This document shows, in pieces, positions 38,266 to 46,988 of a stretch of 64,000 bases of DNA. Positions within the stretch are counted from its first letter, which is position 1. The number at the start of each line of letters is the position of its first letter. A model generated the notes under the pieces. It saw only the letters and a program-made list of their open reading frames with translations. It searched no databases and was not told where the DNA came from. The position numbers and the translations under genes are program-made. Location: contig CAZRTO010000001.1 of the NCBI GenBank assembly GCA_964603025.1, positions 8,428 to 72,427 of the forward strand. Reading direction: 5' to 3'. This DNA comes from an uncultured bacterium. Lineage in GTDB: Bacteria; Margulisbacteria; WOR-1; JAKLHX01.

Positions 38266-39812
38266 TACTGCTTATTCTCCTCTTCTTCCGTCAGCCATTT
38301 TTCTATGAGTTTGGCCACCTTTTCCGGGGACCTGGCGACGGTGTTCCTTACCTGGTCAACCGCCGACGGTGCCGCAGCCCCTCTGGAAAGAGGGACCGTT
38401 TTTCCGGGAACAGGACGATTTGGTTTTTTCTTGCCTCTCCTGCGGATGATCCTTCCGAGTATCAACAGCAACAGGAATCCTCCGCCTCCCCACAACACTG
38501 CGGGATTGGCCTGCCGCAAGGCCGAAACTATCATAACGACCGGTCCTGCGGTATCCGACACAACAGCCTCCTCGGTAGATGAGGGTTCGGGGGTCGAGAT
38601 CGCTCCTCCTATGGTTTCCGGTCTCGCTGCCGTCGCATAATGGAACGGCACCTGCCTTATAACTATTCTGTCCCCCCTAAGGCTGTTATATGGGAGTGCC
38701 GAAGCCACCATATCCGACGTGGTCTTTTTTAGCTGTTCGGTCAGGTTAAAACGGTTGTCAACAAGGATTATCACCGTCATCTTGGTAATGCTCTCGTTGA
38801 AAAGCTCTATTTCGGTCTTCTTTGTATCGGCAGGCCGTTTCTTCCTTCCGGGCGCTTCATAGTCCTCGATATCCAGGCTCACCTTTACCAATATGCTGTT
38901 CGGCGGATAGAACCTGTTCACTATTGTCTGCGCCTTGGAAGAAAGAGTGTTCTCCATTTCTTCTTTTGCCTTCAAAGCCGCCAGGGCTTTTTCCTCCGGT
39001 GTTTTCGGGAGCATCTTTTCCGTGCTCACGGTCTCGACCTCTTTGGTCGGGAGCTGAGCTTCTGGCTGTTCCGGCATTTTTGCCGGCTTTATCACGTCGA
39101 ACCTGTCCTCTTTTTCCTGCGGAAATATGGGAGGAACTGAAGCGGCCTCCGGCGTAACGGCCTCCGGGCCTGTGAGTATGTTGCCGTAAATATCTACTAT
39201 GCTCACGTTCTCGGGCCTGAGGTTCTCGACGCTGTGGGACACAAGACGCACGATACCGTTCACCTGTTCCCTGGAAAGCCTTCTCCCGACCTTGAGCTGA
39301 AGGAGGACCGAAGCGGTTACTGGGACCTGGGTCACCTCAAAAAGAGTGGTCTGAGGCATCACTATCTGAACCCGGGCATCCTGCACAGCATCTATCTTCT
39401 TTATAGTTCGGGCCAGCTCTCCTGATATCGCCCTGACAAGCTGTATGCGTCTGTCAAAATCCGTCGTCCCTAACCGTGATTCATTGAAGATCTCCCAGCC
39501 TACAGAGCCCCCTACCGGAAGGTTTTTCTGCGCAAGCCCCAGCCTGGCTTCGTCAGCTTTGTCCTTGGGAACAGCGACCGATGTGCCGCCATCCTTTATC
39601 TGATACGGGATCTTTTGCTCTTTCAGCTGGGCCACAACATCCGCGGAATCTTTCAGTTCAAGATTGGAATATATCACCACATAACCGGAATAAGGGTCCC
39701 TGACGCCGCACGACCTTAAGAAGCCCAGCACAAATACAAGCGCGATAACGACGACAACGGACGCCATTATCAACAGCCGTCTGGCTTCAGATCCCGCTAC
39801 CGCTGATCCCAT
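38265..39812 (-). CDS. fliF: flagellar M-ring protein FliF
   Basis: 515 aa. N-terminal TM segment and YscJ/FliF periplasmic domains. Confidence 0.85.
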   Translation of the reverse strand: MGSAVAGSEARRLLIMASVVVVIALVFVLGFLRSCGVRDPYSGYVVIYSNLELKDSADVVAQLKEQKIPYQIKDGGTSVAVPKDKADEARLGLAQKNLPVGGSVGWEIFNESRLGTTDFDRRIQLVRAISGELARTIKKIDAVQDARVQIVMPQTTLFEVTQVPVTASVLLQLKVGRRLSREQVNGIVRLVSHSVENLRPENVSIVDIYGNILTGPEAVTPEAASVPPIFPQEKEDRFDVIKPAKMPEQPEAQLPTKEVETVSTEKMLPKTPEEKALAALKAKEEMENTLSSKAQTIVNRFYPPNSILVKVSLDIEDYEAPGRKKRPADTKKTEIELFNESITKMTVIILVDNRFNLTEQLKKTTSDMVASALPYNSLRGDRIVIRQVPFHYATAARPETIGGAISTPEPSSTEEAVVSDTAGPVVMIVSALRQANPAVLWGGGGFLLLLILGRIIRRRGKKKPNRPVPGKTVPLSRGAAAPSAVDQVRNTVARSPEKVAKLIEKWLTEEEENKQ

Positions 39813-39837
39813 TCATCACTCTCCCTTTTTACCAGCA

Positions 39838-40188
39838 TTATATCTGCATCTGGGTCATTTCTTTGAAAGTGTTCACCGCGGAGGTCACTACCGCCACGGC
39901 AAGCTGCACGGAAAGGTTCATTTTGGAGGTCGCGATCATCACATCGGAAAGCTCCGCCTTGCCTTCAACGAACTGCTGTATCAGCATATTTGTATCGTGT
40001 TCCATCCTGCTCACGCCTTCCAGTGAATCAACGGCCTTCTGGAGCACATCGTCAAACGTGCGTATCTGCCTGAACTCTTCTCCGGCAGGCGGCTGCTGGG
40101 GTACCGATACGGGAGCTGGCAGCGTTTCTCCTGGCCCGAGTATCTGGGCCAGCAGGTTCGGGTCTATCCGTCCTATGGATTCAACCAT
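39838..40188 (-). CDS. fliE: flagellar hook-basal body complex protein FliE
   Basis: 116 aa. FliE C-terminal motif ...SKMNLSVQLAVAVVTSAVNTFKEM. Confidence 0.75.
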   Translation of the reverse strand: MVESIGRIDPNLLAQILGPGETLPAPVSVPQQPPAGEEFRQIRTFDDVLQKAVDSLEGVSRMEHDTNMLIQQFVEGKAELSDVMIATSKMNLSVQLAVAVVTSAVNTFKEMTQMQI

Positions 40189-40212
40189 TGATCCCTCCTC
40201 ATCTTACCGCGC

Positions 40213-40656
40213 TTACTGTATCTGAAGCGTATCGTTCCCCATTTTTTTCGTAGCATTAAGAACGGCTATATTCGCTTCGTAAAGCTTGCTGGAATAGACC
40301 ATATCGGCCATCTCCGTCGGAAGCGAAACGTTAGGCAGCGTGACATAGCCGTTCTCATCCGCATCGGGATGTCCTGGATTGAATACCTTGGGCATAGGGG
40401 CGGAATAATCGTCCACAGCTCTTGCCGTCACGCCACCTGACACCGGTCTGTCGGCCCGTCCCTGAGCCCTGTCAAGCACAGAGGAAAAAGATTCCATCGG
40501 GGTCTCGGAATATACGACCGTTTTTTTCACGTACGGCGTCCCGTCCGAGGTCCTTGTTGTGTTTATATTGGCAATATTGCTGGCTATGACCTCCATATGC
40601 AGGCGCTGGGCCTGTATGGCCGATGCCGATATATCGAACGCATTACGTAGGCTCAC
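40213..40656 (-). CDS. flgC: flagellar basal-body rod protein FlgC
   Basis: 147 aa. N-terminal rod motif SNIANINTTRT and a conserved FlgC C-terminus. Confidence 0.9.
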   Translation of the reverse strand: MSLRNAFDISASAIQAQRLHMEVIASNIANINTTRTSDGTPYVKKTVVYSETPMESFSSVLDRAQGRADRPVSGGVTARAVDDYSAPMPKVFNPGHPDADENGYVTLPNVSLPTEMADMVYSSKLYEANIAVLNATKKMGNDTLQIQ

Positions 40657-40659
40657 CCG

Positions 40660-40962
40660 TTATTTCCTCCCCTGTGAGATAACGGTCCTTAATATCGCGA
40701 GTTTTGAGGACATGAGCTTTAGATATGCGGCATGCCGGCCGCTGTTCTTTGCCTGTTCCGCCATTTCTTCTTCAAGATTGACCCCCGGAGACTCCCTGCG
40801 TTCAACGGCCCTTCCCAGCACTTTATCGAACTTCTGGGGAACATAGCCGGGAGTGTTGGCGTTAGCGATATTATGCGCTATTATCTCGTGGGTCTTGGTG
40901 GCCGCCGTGATCCCTTTCTCAAGAGAAGTCATTGTAGGATCAAAAATGCCGTCAACCATCAA
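40660..40962 (-). CDS. flgB: flagellar basal-body rod protein FlgB
   Basis: 100 aa. HNIANANTPGY rod motif. Confidence 0.85.
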   Translation of the reverse strand: MMVDGIFDPTMTSLEKGITAATKTHEIIAHNIANANTPGYVPQKFDKVLGRAVERRESPGVNLEEEMAEQAKNSGRHAAYLKLMSSKLAILRTVISQGRK

Positions 40963-40978
40963 ATGCTCCTGCCTTCCT

Positions 40979-41737
40979 TTACTTCAGCTTTTCTTTGAGA
41001 TGCGTGATCGCCCTGGATATAAGACGGTTCACCTTGCTGCGGGAAAGCTTAAGCTCCGCGGCGATCTCTTTCTGGCTCACGCTTTTCCGGAAGAACATTT
41101 CAAGCGCGGTCCTCTCAAGCTTCGGCAGCTCTTTTATCTCTCTGTTGAGCCTTTCCTGCAGTTCCGAAGCTTCGGAATCCTCTACCTGGGTCCTTTCCCC
41201 GGATACCTGAACTTCAGTATTCTCTGTAAGCTGTTCCAGGGAGACAAGATACATCAGCGCAGAAGCCGATACTATCTTTTGTATCTTTGACACGGCGGAC
41301 TTGAATTCGCCTTCGCTGAGCTTTTTCTTTTCCAGCATCTTAGCGTCCTTTTTGGACATTCCGGACTGCTCTTTGCCTTTCAGGACCGCGGAATAACCTT
41401 TTTTAGCCAGATCGCGCACCATGACCTGTATCCTGTAAGGCACCGGATTATAGCATTTGAGTCCGTCGAGTATCTCTCCTCTTACGCGGTACGAGGCATA
41501 AGTCTCGAATTTTACGCCCCTTTTAGGATCAAAATTATCCCAGGCTTTCATCAGCCCCACCATGCCGTCGCTCACGAGATCGTTATAATCTATGTTGGGC
41601 GGAAGTCCCTTGCCGGAGATCATGGAAGCTATGGAATGCACCAGGGGCATATATGCCTCCATTGCCACAGGAGGCCTGAAAGTCGTCTGCTGGGCCGCCG
41701 TTTTTTTGTTCTTTTTGGCTATCTTCATCGCTGACAT
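40979..41737 (-). CDS. fliA: RNA polymerase sigma factor FliA (sigma-28)
   Basis: 252 aa. Sigma-70 regions 2, 3 and 4 (YASYRVRGEILD...; region 4 HTH SQKEIAAELKLSRSKV). Embedded in flagellar genes. Confidence 0.8.
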   Translation of the reverse strand: MSAMKIAKKNKKTAAQQTTFRPPVAMEAYMPLVHSIASMISGKGLPPNIDYNDLVSDGMVGLMKAWDNFDPKRGVKFETYASYRVRGEILDGLKCYNPVPYRIQVMVRDLAKKGYSAVLKGKEQSGMSKKDAKMLEKKKLSEGEFKSAVSKIQKIVSASALMYLVSLEQLTENTEVQVSGERTQVEDSEASELQERLNREIKELPKLERTALEMFFRKSVSQKEIAAELKLSRSKVNRLISRAITHLKEKLK

Positions 41738-41738
41738 A

Positions 41739-42065
41739 TCACATCCCTCTCAAATCACCGCCGGACATCTTAGCTTCCTTGGCTATACTCTCCTCCACAA
41801 GCCGGTTAAGGCCAAAAACATCGCTCTCCGCAAGCTGTCTGATCATTTCATCAGTGAGCATGTCCGAGTATAAACTGTTGTTAATATTATCATCTAACAT
41901 GTCGTTCTTCCACTGGTTCTTGAAAATTTCCTTTAACATCCCCTGCAAAAATACCGATGAGAACGCAGCGGCATATTCTTTGCTTGTTGCGTTCTGTCCT
42001 CCCGGCGCAGACATGCCGACTGGAGCATCCGGCACAGCCCCTATGGGAGGCAAATACATAGACAT
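41739..42065 (-). CDS. flgJ: rod-binding protein (FlgJ N-terminal-domain-like, no muramidase domain)
   Basis: 108 aa. FLQGMLKEIF...LYSDMLTDEMIRQLAESDVFGL matches the Rod-binding profile. Confidence 0.55.
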   Translation of the reverse strand: MSMYLPPIGAVPDAPVGMSAPGGQNATSKEYAAAFSSVFLQGMLKEIFKNQWKNDMLDDNINNSLYSDMLTDEMIRQLAESDVFGLNRLVEESIAKEAKMSGGDLRGM

Positions 42066-42066
42066 G

Positions 42067-43254
42067 CTACATCACCTCTATTTCGGTATTCATGGCTCCC
42101 GAAGCTTTTATTGCCTGCAGTATGGCTATAAGCTCCCTAGAAGAAGCTCCTATTGCGTTCAGGCTCCTTATAAGATCCCCGAGCGTGGCTCCGCCGCCGA
42201 CTTCGCTCAAAGGCCTGCTCTGTTCCGTAACTGAAAGGCTCTGCGCCGGAGAAAGTCCGGAGAGCATGTCGCGGCTGGACGGTTCGGCCACCGTAACCGT
42301 AATATGCCCGAAGGTAACCGCGACAGGAGCGATCCTGACATTTTCACCTATAACAACAGTACCGGTCCTCTCGTTTATAACGACCTTTGCCCTGACATCA
42401 GGGACTACCGTAAGGTTCTCAACCCTTGAGATAAGATCAACTATATCCTCCCCTATGGCGGCCGCTACTACTATGGTCGACGGATCTTCAGCCTTCGCAT
42501 CCATGCCGGCCTGGGCTATCGTATAGGCAACCCTCGAAGCGGTAGTAAAATCGGGTTCGTTCAATACCACTGAAAAGAAAGATGATGTGCCCACTCCGGA
42601 CAAAAAAGCCTCTTCGGTAAGAGCCACCGAGGAGACCGACTCAAAATTAGCGTATACTTCCCTTTCGACTATGGCCCCGTTGGGTATCTTGCCCGAGGTC
42701 GATACTTCCGAACCGACGGAAGGAGCCCCGGGAACATGGACGCTCCCGACCGATAAAGGCCCCTGAGCCACGGCATAAACATTATTGTCCGCTCCCTGCA
42801 AAGGTGTCAGGAGAAGCGTACCGCCCCTCAAGCTTGTCGCATCCCCCAGCGATGACACTGTCACATCGATCCTCTTCCCGGGCTTAGAAAAAGCCGGCAG
42901 ATTCGCGGTGACCATCACGGCGGCAACATTTTTGGATTTGAACTCCTGGGCTCTCGGGACGTTGGCCATGTTATAGATCGGATTTGTCCCTGAGGTATTG
43001 AGCGGTGACGGTCCCTGAAGCCCCATGCGGGTCAAGAGGTTCGTAAGGGCCTGCTTCGTGAATTCGGTCTGCTGGCTGTCGCCCGTGTGCCTTAGGCCTA
43101 CCACAAGACCGAATCCCATCAGCTGGTTGTCCCTGACCTCGCGTATTGAAGCTATGTCTTTTATCCTGACGGCAGGCGACTGAGCATGGATCTGGCCTGC
43201 ACAGATCAAGACCGCCGAACAAACAAAAAGAAAAAAAGCCAGCTTATTTTTCAA
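42067..43254 (-). CDS. flgI: flagellar P-ring protein FlgI
   Basis: 395 aa. Signal peptide and the FlgI family N-terminus (VRIKDIASIREVRDNQLMGFGLVVGL). Confidence 0.9.
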   Translation of the reverse strand: MKNKLAFFLFVCSAVLICAGQIHAQSPAVRIKDIASIREVRDNQLMGFGLVVGLRHTGDSQQTEFTKQALTNLLTRMGLQGPSPLNTSGTNPIYNMANVPRAQEFKSKNVAAVMVTANLPAFSKPGKRIDVTVSSLGDATSLRGGTLLLTPLQGADNNVYAVAQGPLSVGSVHVPGAPSVGSEVSTSGKIPNGAIVEREVYANFESVSSVALTEEAFLSGVGTSSFFSVVLNEPDFTTASRVAYTIAQAGMDAKAEDPSTIVVAAAIGEDIVDLISRVENLTVVPDVRAKVVINERTGTVVIGENVRIAPVAVTFGHITVTVAEPSSRDMLSGLSPAQSLSVTEQSRPLSEVGGGATLGDLIRSLNAIGASSRELIAILQAIKASGAMNTEIEVM

Positions 43255-43267
43255 TCTCGCCTTCTCC

Positions 43268-43855
43268 TTAAAATATGAAGTTCAGCACTCTCATCAGGAT
43301 GCCGGGGGATGATGATTCTCCGACTGCCCCCGTACCCTTTACGGACACTTCCGCATTTGCGACCTGATAAGAATAGACCGTGTTCCATGAAGTTATGTCC
43401 TTCGGACGGATCATGCCTGATATCCTGATCTCCTGTTTTTCCTCGTTCACCGACACTTTGTGCATTCCGTCTATCACGAGATTTCCGTCCGGCATCACTT
43501 CCCTGACAGTTACGGCAACCGTGGCCAGCACGTTGCTGGAACGCGTGGTCGAACCGGAACCTTTGAAAGCCTGGCTCCTCGATCCCTGCAAGCCTGCGGA
43601 AGGAGCGATCGTTCCCTGAAGTTTTTGTATGGTATGCGAAAAACTGGCTCCAAGGCTGTCCTGGTTCTGCGTGTCGGTGCCCGCCCTCTGTACGGCCGAT
43701 GTGCTCTCAACTATCAGGACCATTATTACATCCCCTGCTTTGTAAGGCTTTTGTACCACGAAGGGGGAAGAGCTGTTCTCTATCCAGAGAGAGGATGAAA
43801 AAACAGCGGAGTTCATGAGCATCAGCATGCAAAACAACGCGGCAAATATCCTCAT
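43268..43855 (-). CDS. flgH: flagellar L-ring lipoprotein FlgH
   Basis: 195 aa. Signal peptide and FlgH-like core (SLW..., GDVIMVLIVE...). Confidence 0.8.
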   Translation of the reverse strand: MRIFAALFCMLMLMNSAVFSSSLWIENSSSPFVVQKPYKAGDVIMVLIVESTSAVQRAGTDTQNQDSLGASFSHTIQKLQGTIAPSAGLQGSRSQAFKGSGSTTRSSNVLATVAVTVREVMPDGNLVIDGMHKVSVNEEKQEIRISGMIRPKDITSWNTVYSYQVANAEVSVKGTGAVGESSSPGILMRVLNFIF

Positions 43856-43860
43856 ATCAT

Positions 43861-44223
43861 CTACTCCAACACTTTTTTTATTTTGTTGTTCTCGTCCACA
43901 AGGACCACTTTTGTCTTGAACTTCACGGCGCTTTCTTCGTCCACCAATCCGTAGGATATTACTATTATCAGGTCGTTAACAACTCCCATTCGCGCGGCCC
44001 CCCCGTTCAGGCAAACGGTCCCTGATCCTTTTGGGCCTTCTATCAAATAGGTTTCAAATCGCTGCCCGTTGGTCACGTTAACGACCTGGACCTTTTCTCC
44101 TGACAGCATCCCGGAAGCGTCCAAAAGCTCCCGGTCAACGGTAAGAGAGCCTTCGTAATCTATACAGGCCTCGGTAACCCTTAGCCTGTGTATCTTTGAA
44201 AGGCATAACTGCCTGAGTATCAT
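43861..44223 (-). CDS. panD: aspartate 1-decarboxylase (pyruvoyl-dependent)
   Basis: 120 aa. KIHRLRVTEACIDYEGSLTVD (Gly-Ser self-cleavage site) and ...GAARMGVVNDLIIVISY. Confidence 0.85.
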   Translation of the reverse strand: MILRQLCLSKIHRLRVTEACIDYEGSLTVDRELLDASGMLSGEKVQVVNVTNGQRFETYLIEGPKGSGTVCLNGGAARMGVVNDLIIVISYGLVDEESAVKFKTKVVLVDENNKIKKVLE

Positions 44224-44945
44224 ATTGCCTCCACCTCCCCGGTCCCTACAACCCTTCCGTCAACTATCTTTTTCGATCCAGGGTTCCTAACCCTTATATT
44301 AGCATTGATATGGCCGTCTTCAAGCGCCACGCCCCTTACCTTGACCAGAATGCCGTTCGAGCTCTTAAAAAGCGTGACCGTATCTCCTTTTTTTACCGCC
44401 GGCACTTCTTTGGGCATCCAGTCCAAAACAAGTCCTCCCCTGGATATCATGGTGGAAGCCTGCCTTCCCAGTGCTTTTTTAGCGTCGACGAGATAGTTGG
44501 ACGGAAGATGCGTCACGTCCCTTTCGGAATATCCGATGTTCTTAGAGGTAAAAATATCTCCCTGGCGTATCCTTGAAGTAGCGACCACAACATTCCTGAA
44601 TATCCTGATAGAAGTCCTTAGATTGACCCTTTCCTTTAACTGCGCGCCGGAATACAGTTCTATCGGGACGACAACATCACCGGAAAGCGCCAGGTTCTCC
44701 GGATAAGCTATCCTCATCTCCATACCGGCAGATGCGGGAATCCTGCCGGTCTCACGGAAAGAGATCTCTACCCTGGCCTTATCAAGAAAAGGCGACCGTC
44801 TCACGATCTCGCTCTTCACCAGGGTTTCAAACCTTGCAAGATCCTCGCTGGAGGAATATACCGTACCGGAAAAAACCGCAGAAAAGACCAGACAAGCCGC
44901 CAACAATGCGGCGAGAAAACCTCCCTTAACGGAAATAGCCTTCAA
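44220..44945 (-). CDS. flgA: flagellar basal-body P-ring formation chaperone FlgA
   Basis: 241 aa. Signal peptide and a SAF/FlgA C-terminal domain. Confidence 0.75.
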   Translation of the reverse strand: MKAISVKGGFLAALLAACLVFSAVFSGTVYSSSEDLARFETLVKSEIVRRSPFLDKARVEISFRETGRIPASAGMEMRIAYPENLALSGDVVVPIELYSGAQLKERVNLRTSIRIFRNVVVATSRIRQGDIFTSKNIGYSERDVTHLPSNYLVDAKKALGRQASTMISRGGLVLDWMPKEVPAVKKGDTVTLFKSSNGILVKVRGVALEDGHINANIRVRNPGSKKIVDGRVVGTGEVEAI

Positions 44946-44949
44946 TTGC

Positions 44950-45756
44950 TCATCCTTTCATCTGTATTGCCGAAGTGACCATCTGTTCATAGCTCTGTAT
45001 AGCCTTGGTGACCGTATCAAAAACCCGCTGTATCATGACCATGCGCATCATTTCCGATATCACGTCAACATTGGCCTGCTCAAGGGCTGACTGCTGTATG
45101 GCACCAAAACCGGTTTGTCCGGGCGTCCCGAAAATAGGGTCTCCCGAGGCTTCGGTCTGTGCGTACAGGTTCTGTCCAAGGCTCTTCAGTCCGGACGGAT
45201 TTGAGAACTTGGCAAGATTGATCTGTCCTATCTCGTTCAGCTCCAAAGAGTCGTCGATTGAAACAAGGACAGTCCCGTCGAAACGGATAAGGACGCTGGT
45301 GGTGCCGTCGGGAAATATTATCGGCGGGTCGAGCAGCCTTCCGTTAGGGTCTACCATGTTGCCTGCGTTGTCCGAATGAAAGTTCCCGGCCCTGCTGTAG
45401 GCTGTAGTTCCGTCCGGCATCCTTAGCTGGAAGAAACCCTCTCCCTGGATAGCCACATCGAGAGGGTTGTTGGTTATTTCGATCGTTCCCTGTGAAAAAT
45501 CCTTCGGAGTGCCGACCACCCTGACACCCAGCCCGGACTCGACCCTGTTCTTTGCATTACCTATGTCTTCCCGGCGGTCAAAAGCATCGTCGAGATAATT
45601 GGCAAAGTCCTTGTTCACATAGAACATGCTCTCTTTTTCAACTCTGCCCTTTTTAAAAGCTACCGTTTTGGAGTTGGCCAGGTTATTGGTTATATTGGAC
45701 ATCTCCTCCTCAAAGGTGTTGAGCCCGGTGGCCGCAATATACAAAGGTTGGAACAT
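44950..45756 (-). CDS. flgG: flagellar basal-body rod protein FlgG (distal rod)
   Basis: 268 aa. Rod N- and C-terminal motifs (MSNITNNLANSKT, ...MIQRVFDTVTKAIQS). Confidence 0.85.
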   Translation of the reverse strand: MFQPLYIAATGLNTFEEEMSNITNNLANSKTVAFKKGRVEKESMFYVNKDFANYLDDAFDRREDIGNAKNRVESGLGVRVVGTPKDFSQGTIEITNNPLDVAIQGEGFFQLRMPDGTTAYSRAGNFHSDNAGNMVDPNGRLLDPPIIFPDGTTSVLIRFDGTVLVSIDDSLELNEIGQINLAKFSNPSGLKSLGQNLYAQTEASGDPIFGTPGQTGFGAIQQSALEQANVDVISEMMRMVMIQRVFDTVTKAIQSYEQMVTSAIQMKG

Positions 45757-45777
45757 GGTCGGGCACCTCCTATGCTT

Positions 45778-46533
45778 TTATTGGACGGGCCTTCCTATCT
45801 CTATTATCTTCTGCATATCAGCTTCTCTGTTCTTTATTATCTTGGCCGCCAGTTCGTAAGACCTCTGGGTTGTAATGAGATTCGTCATTTCGTTTATTAT
45901 GCTCACGTTGGACGATTCGATAAAACCTTGAGCGATGGTCGGGCTCTCATCTTCTTCATACACGACCCCTTGCTGAGGCGACTTAAAAAAAGAATTGTTC
46001 ACCGAAACAAGAGAGGACGGATCCCTGAATTTCACCACCCTTATCTTGTCCACTTCAACATCATCTACCAGCAGCGCCCCATTCCTTGAAACTTCAAACT
46101 TTGAGCCTGGAGCTATCGATATCGGACCGGACCGTCCCATTACGGGAAAATTGCCCGAGGAAGTCAAAAGCCTGCCGTCTTCGTTGATGTAAAAACGCCC
46201 GTCCCTGGTAAAGAACTCTCCTTCCCGGGAAAGCACGACAAAATATCCGTCACCCCCTATCGCCATGTCGGTGTTCGATCCGGTCTTGAACATGGCCCCG
46301 TACCTCATATCGTTGTATGAACCGGTTACTTTAGGGATCGCCATAAATGAGGTCCCCCTGTTCTCCTCGGACCTTGTGGCGTTCTCGAGAGCAAGAGGAA
46401 ATGAGGTCGCAACGACATCGGACTTTCTGTAACCCGGCGTCTGGGCGTTGGCTACGTTATTCATCAGCATCTTGGCCTTCATTTCGGAAGTCTCAAGAGC
46501 GTTTTTGCCTATCTCAAGTATCCTGTCGGCCAT
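45778..46533 (-). CDS. flgF: flagellar basal-body rod protein FlgF (proximal rod)
   Basis: 251 aa. NNVANAQTPGYRK rod motif and a conserved C-terminus. Confidence 0.8.
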   Translation of the reverse strand: MADRILEIGKNALETSEMKAKMLMNNVANAQTPGYRKSDVVATSFPLALENATRSEENRGTSFMAIPKVTGSYNDMRYGAMFKTGSNTDMAIGGDGYFVVLSREGEFFTRDGRFYINEDGRLLTSSGNFPVMGRSGPISIAPGSKFEVSRNGALLVDDVEVDKIRVVKFRDPSSLVSVNNSFFKSPQQGVVYEEDESPTIAQGFIESSNVSIINEMTNLITTQRSYELAAKIIKNREADMQKIIEIGRPVQ

Positions 46534-46564
46534 TAATGCCTCCGCCTGAGTTTAAGTTATATTT

Positions 46565-46592
46565 ATTATACACAAAGACGCGGAAAAAGCAA
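46565..46592 (-). promoter_or_regulatory. putative sigma-70-type promoter for flgF operon (TTGCTT-16-TATAAT) containing TTTTTCCGC spacer motif
   Basis: Read on the minus strand as ttgctttttccgcgtctttgtgtataat. Confidence 0.4.
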
Positions 46593-46630
46593 CGTTTTTT
46601 TCTTGGAAAAAATCGCGAGGCCTGTATATA

Positions 46631-46987
46631 TCACTGTTTCAGTTTACTGTACAGTTTTTTCTTCTTTTCGGCCATTTTGTCCAATTGATAGACGTAAAAA
46701 AGAACTTCGGCCACGAGAGTATATAGTTCAGCGGGTATCTGAGCATCAAGCTCAAGCTTCGAAAGCAGCTCTGCCAGCTTTGGATTTTCGTAAAGGGGGA
46801 TCTCATTCTCGTCGGCGATACGGAGTATTTCGTCAGCCACCACCCCCCTGCCGGATGCCAGCACAAGCGGCGCCGCATCCTTTTCCACATCATACCTGAG
46901 CGCGATGGCGGTGCGTTTTTTCTCGCCGGATTCCTCCAGCTGGTCCTTTTTCTTTATGTTCTTCAGGGCTTCTTTGATCTCTGCCAT
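46631..46987 (-). CDS. FlhB C-terminal-domain-like protein (YlqH-type)
   Basis: 118 aa. Matches the C-terminal cytoplasmic domain of FlhB/YscU (…PLVLASGRGVVADEILRIADENEIPLYENPKLAELL…). Confidence 0.7.
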   Translation of the reverse strand: MAEIKEALKNIKKKDQLEESGEKKRTAIALRYDVEKDAAPLVLASGRGVVADEILRIADENEIPLYENPKLAELLSKLELDAQIPAELYTLVAEVLFYVYQLDKMAEKKKKLYSKLKQ

Positions 46988-46988
46988 T

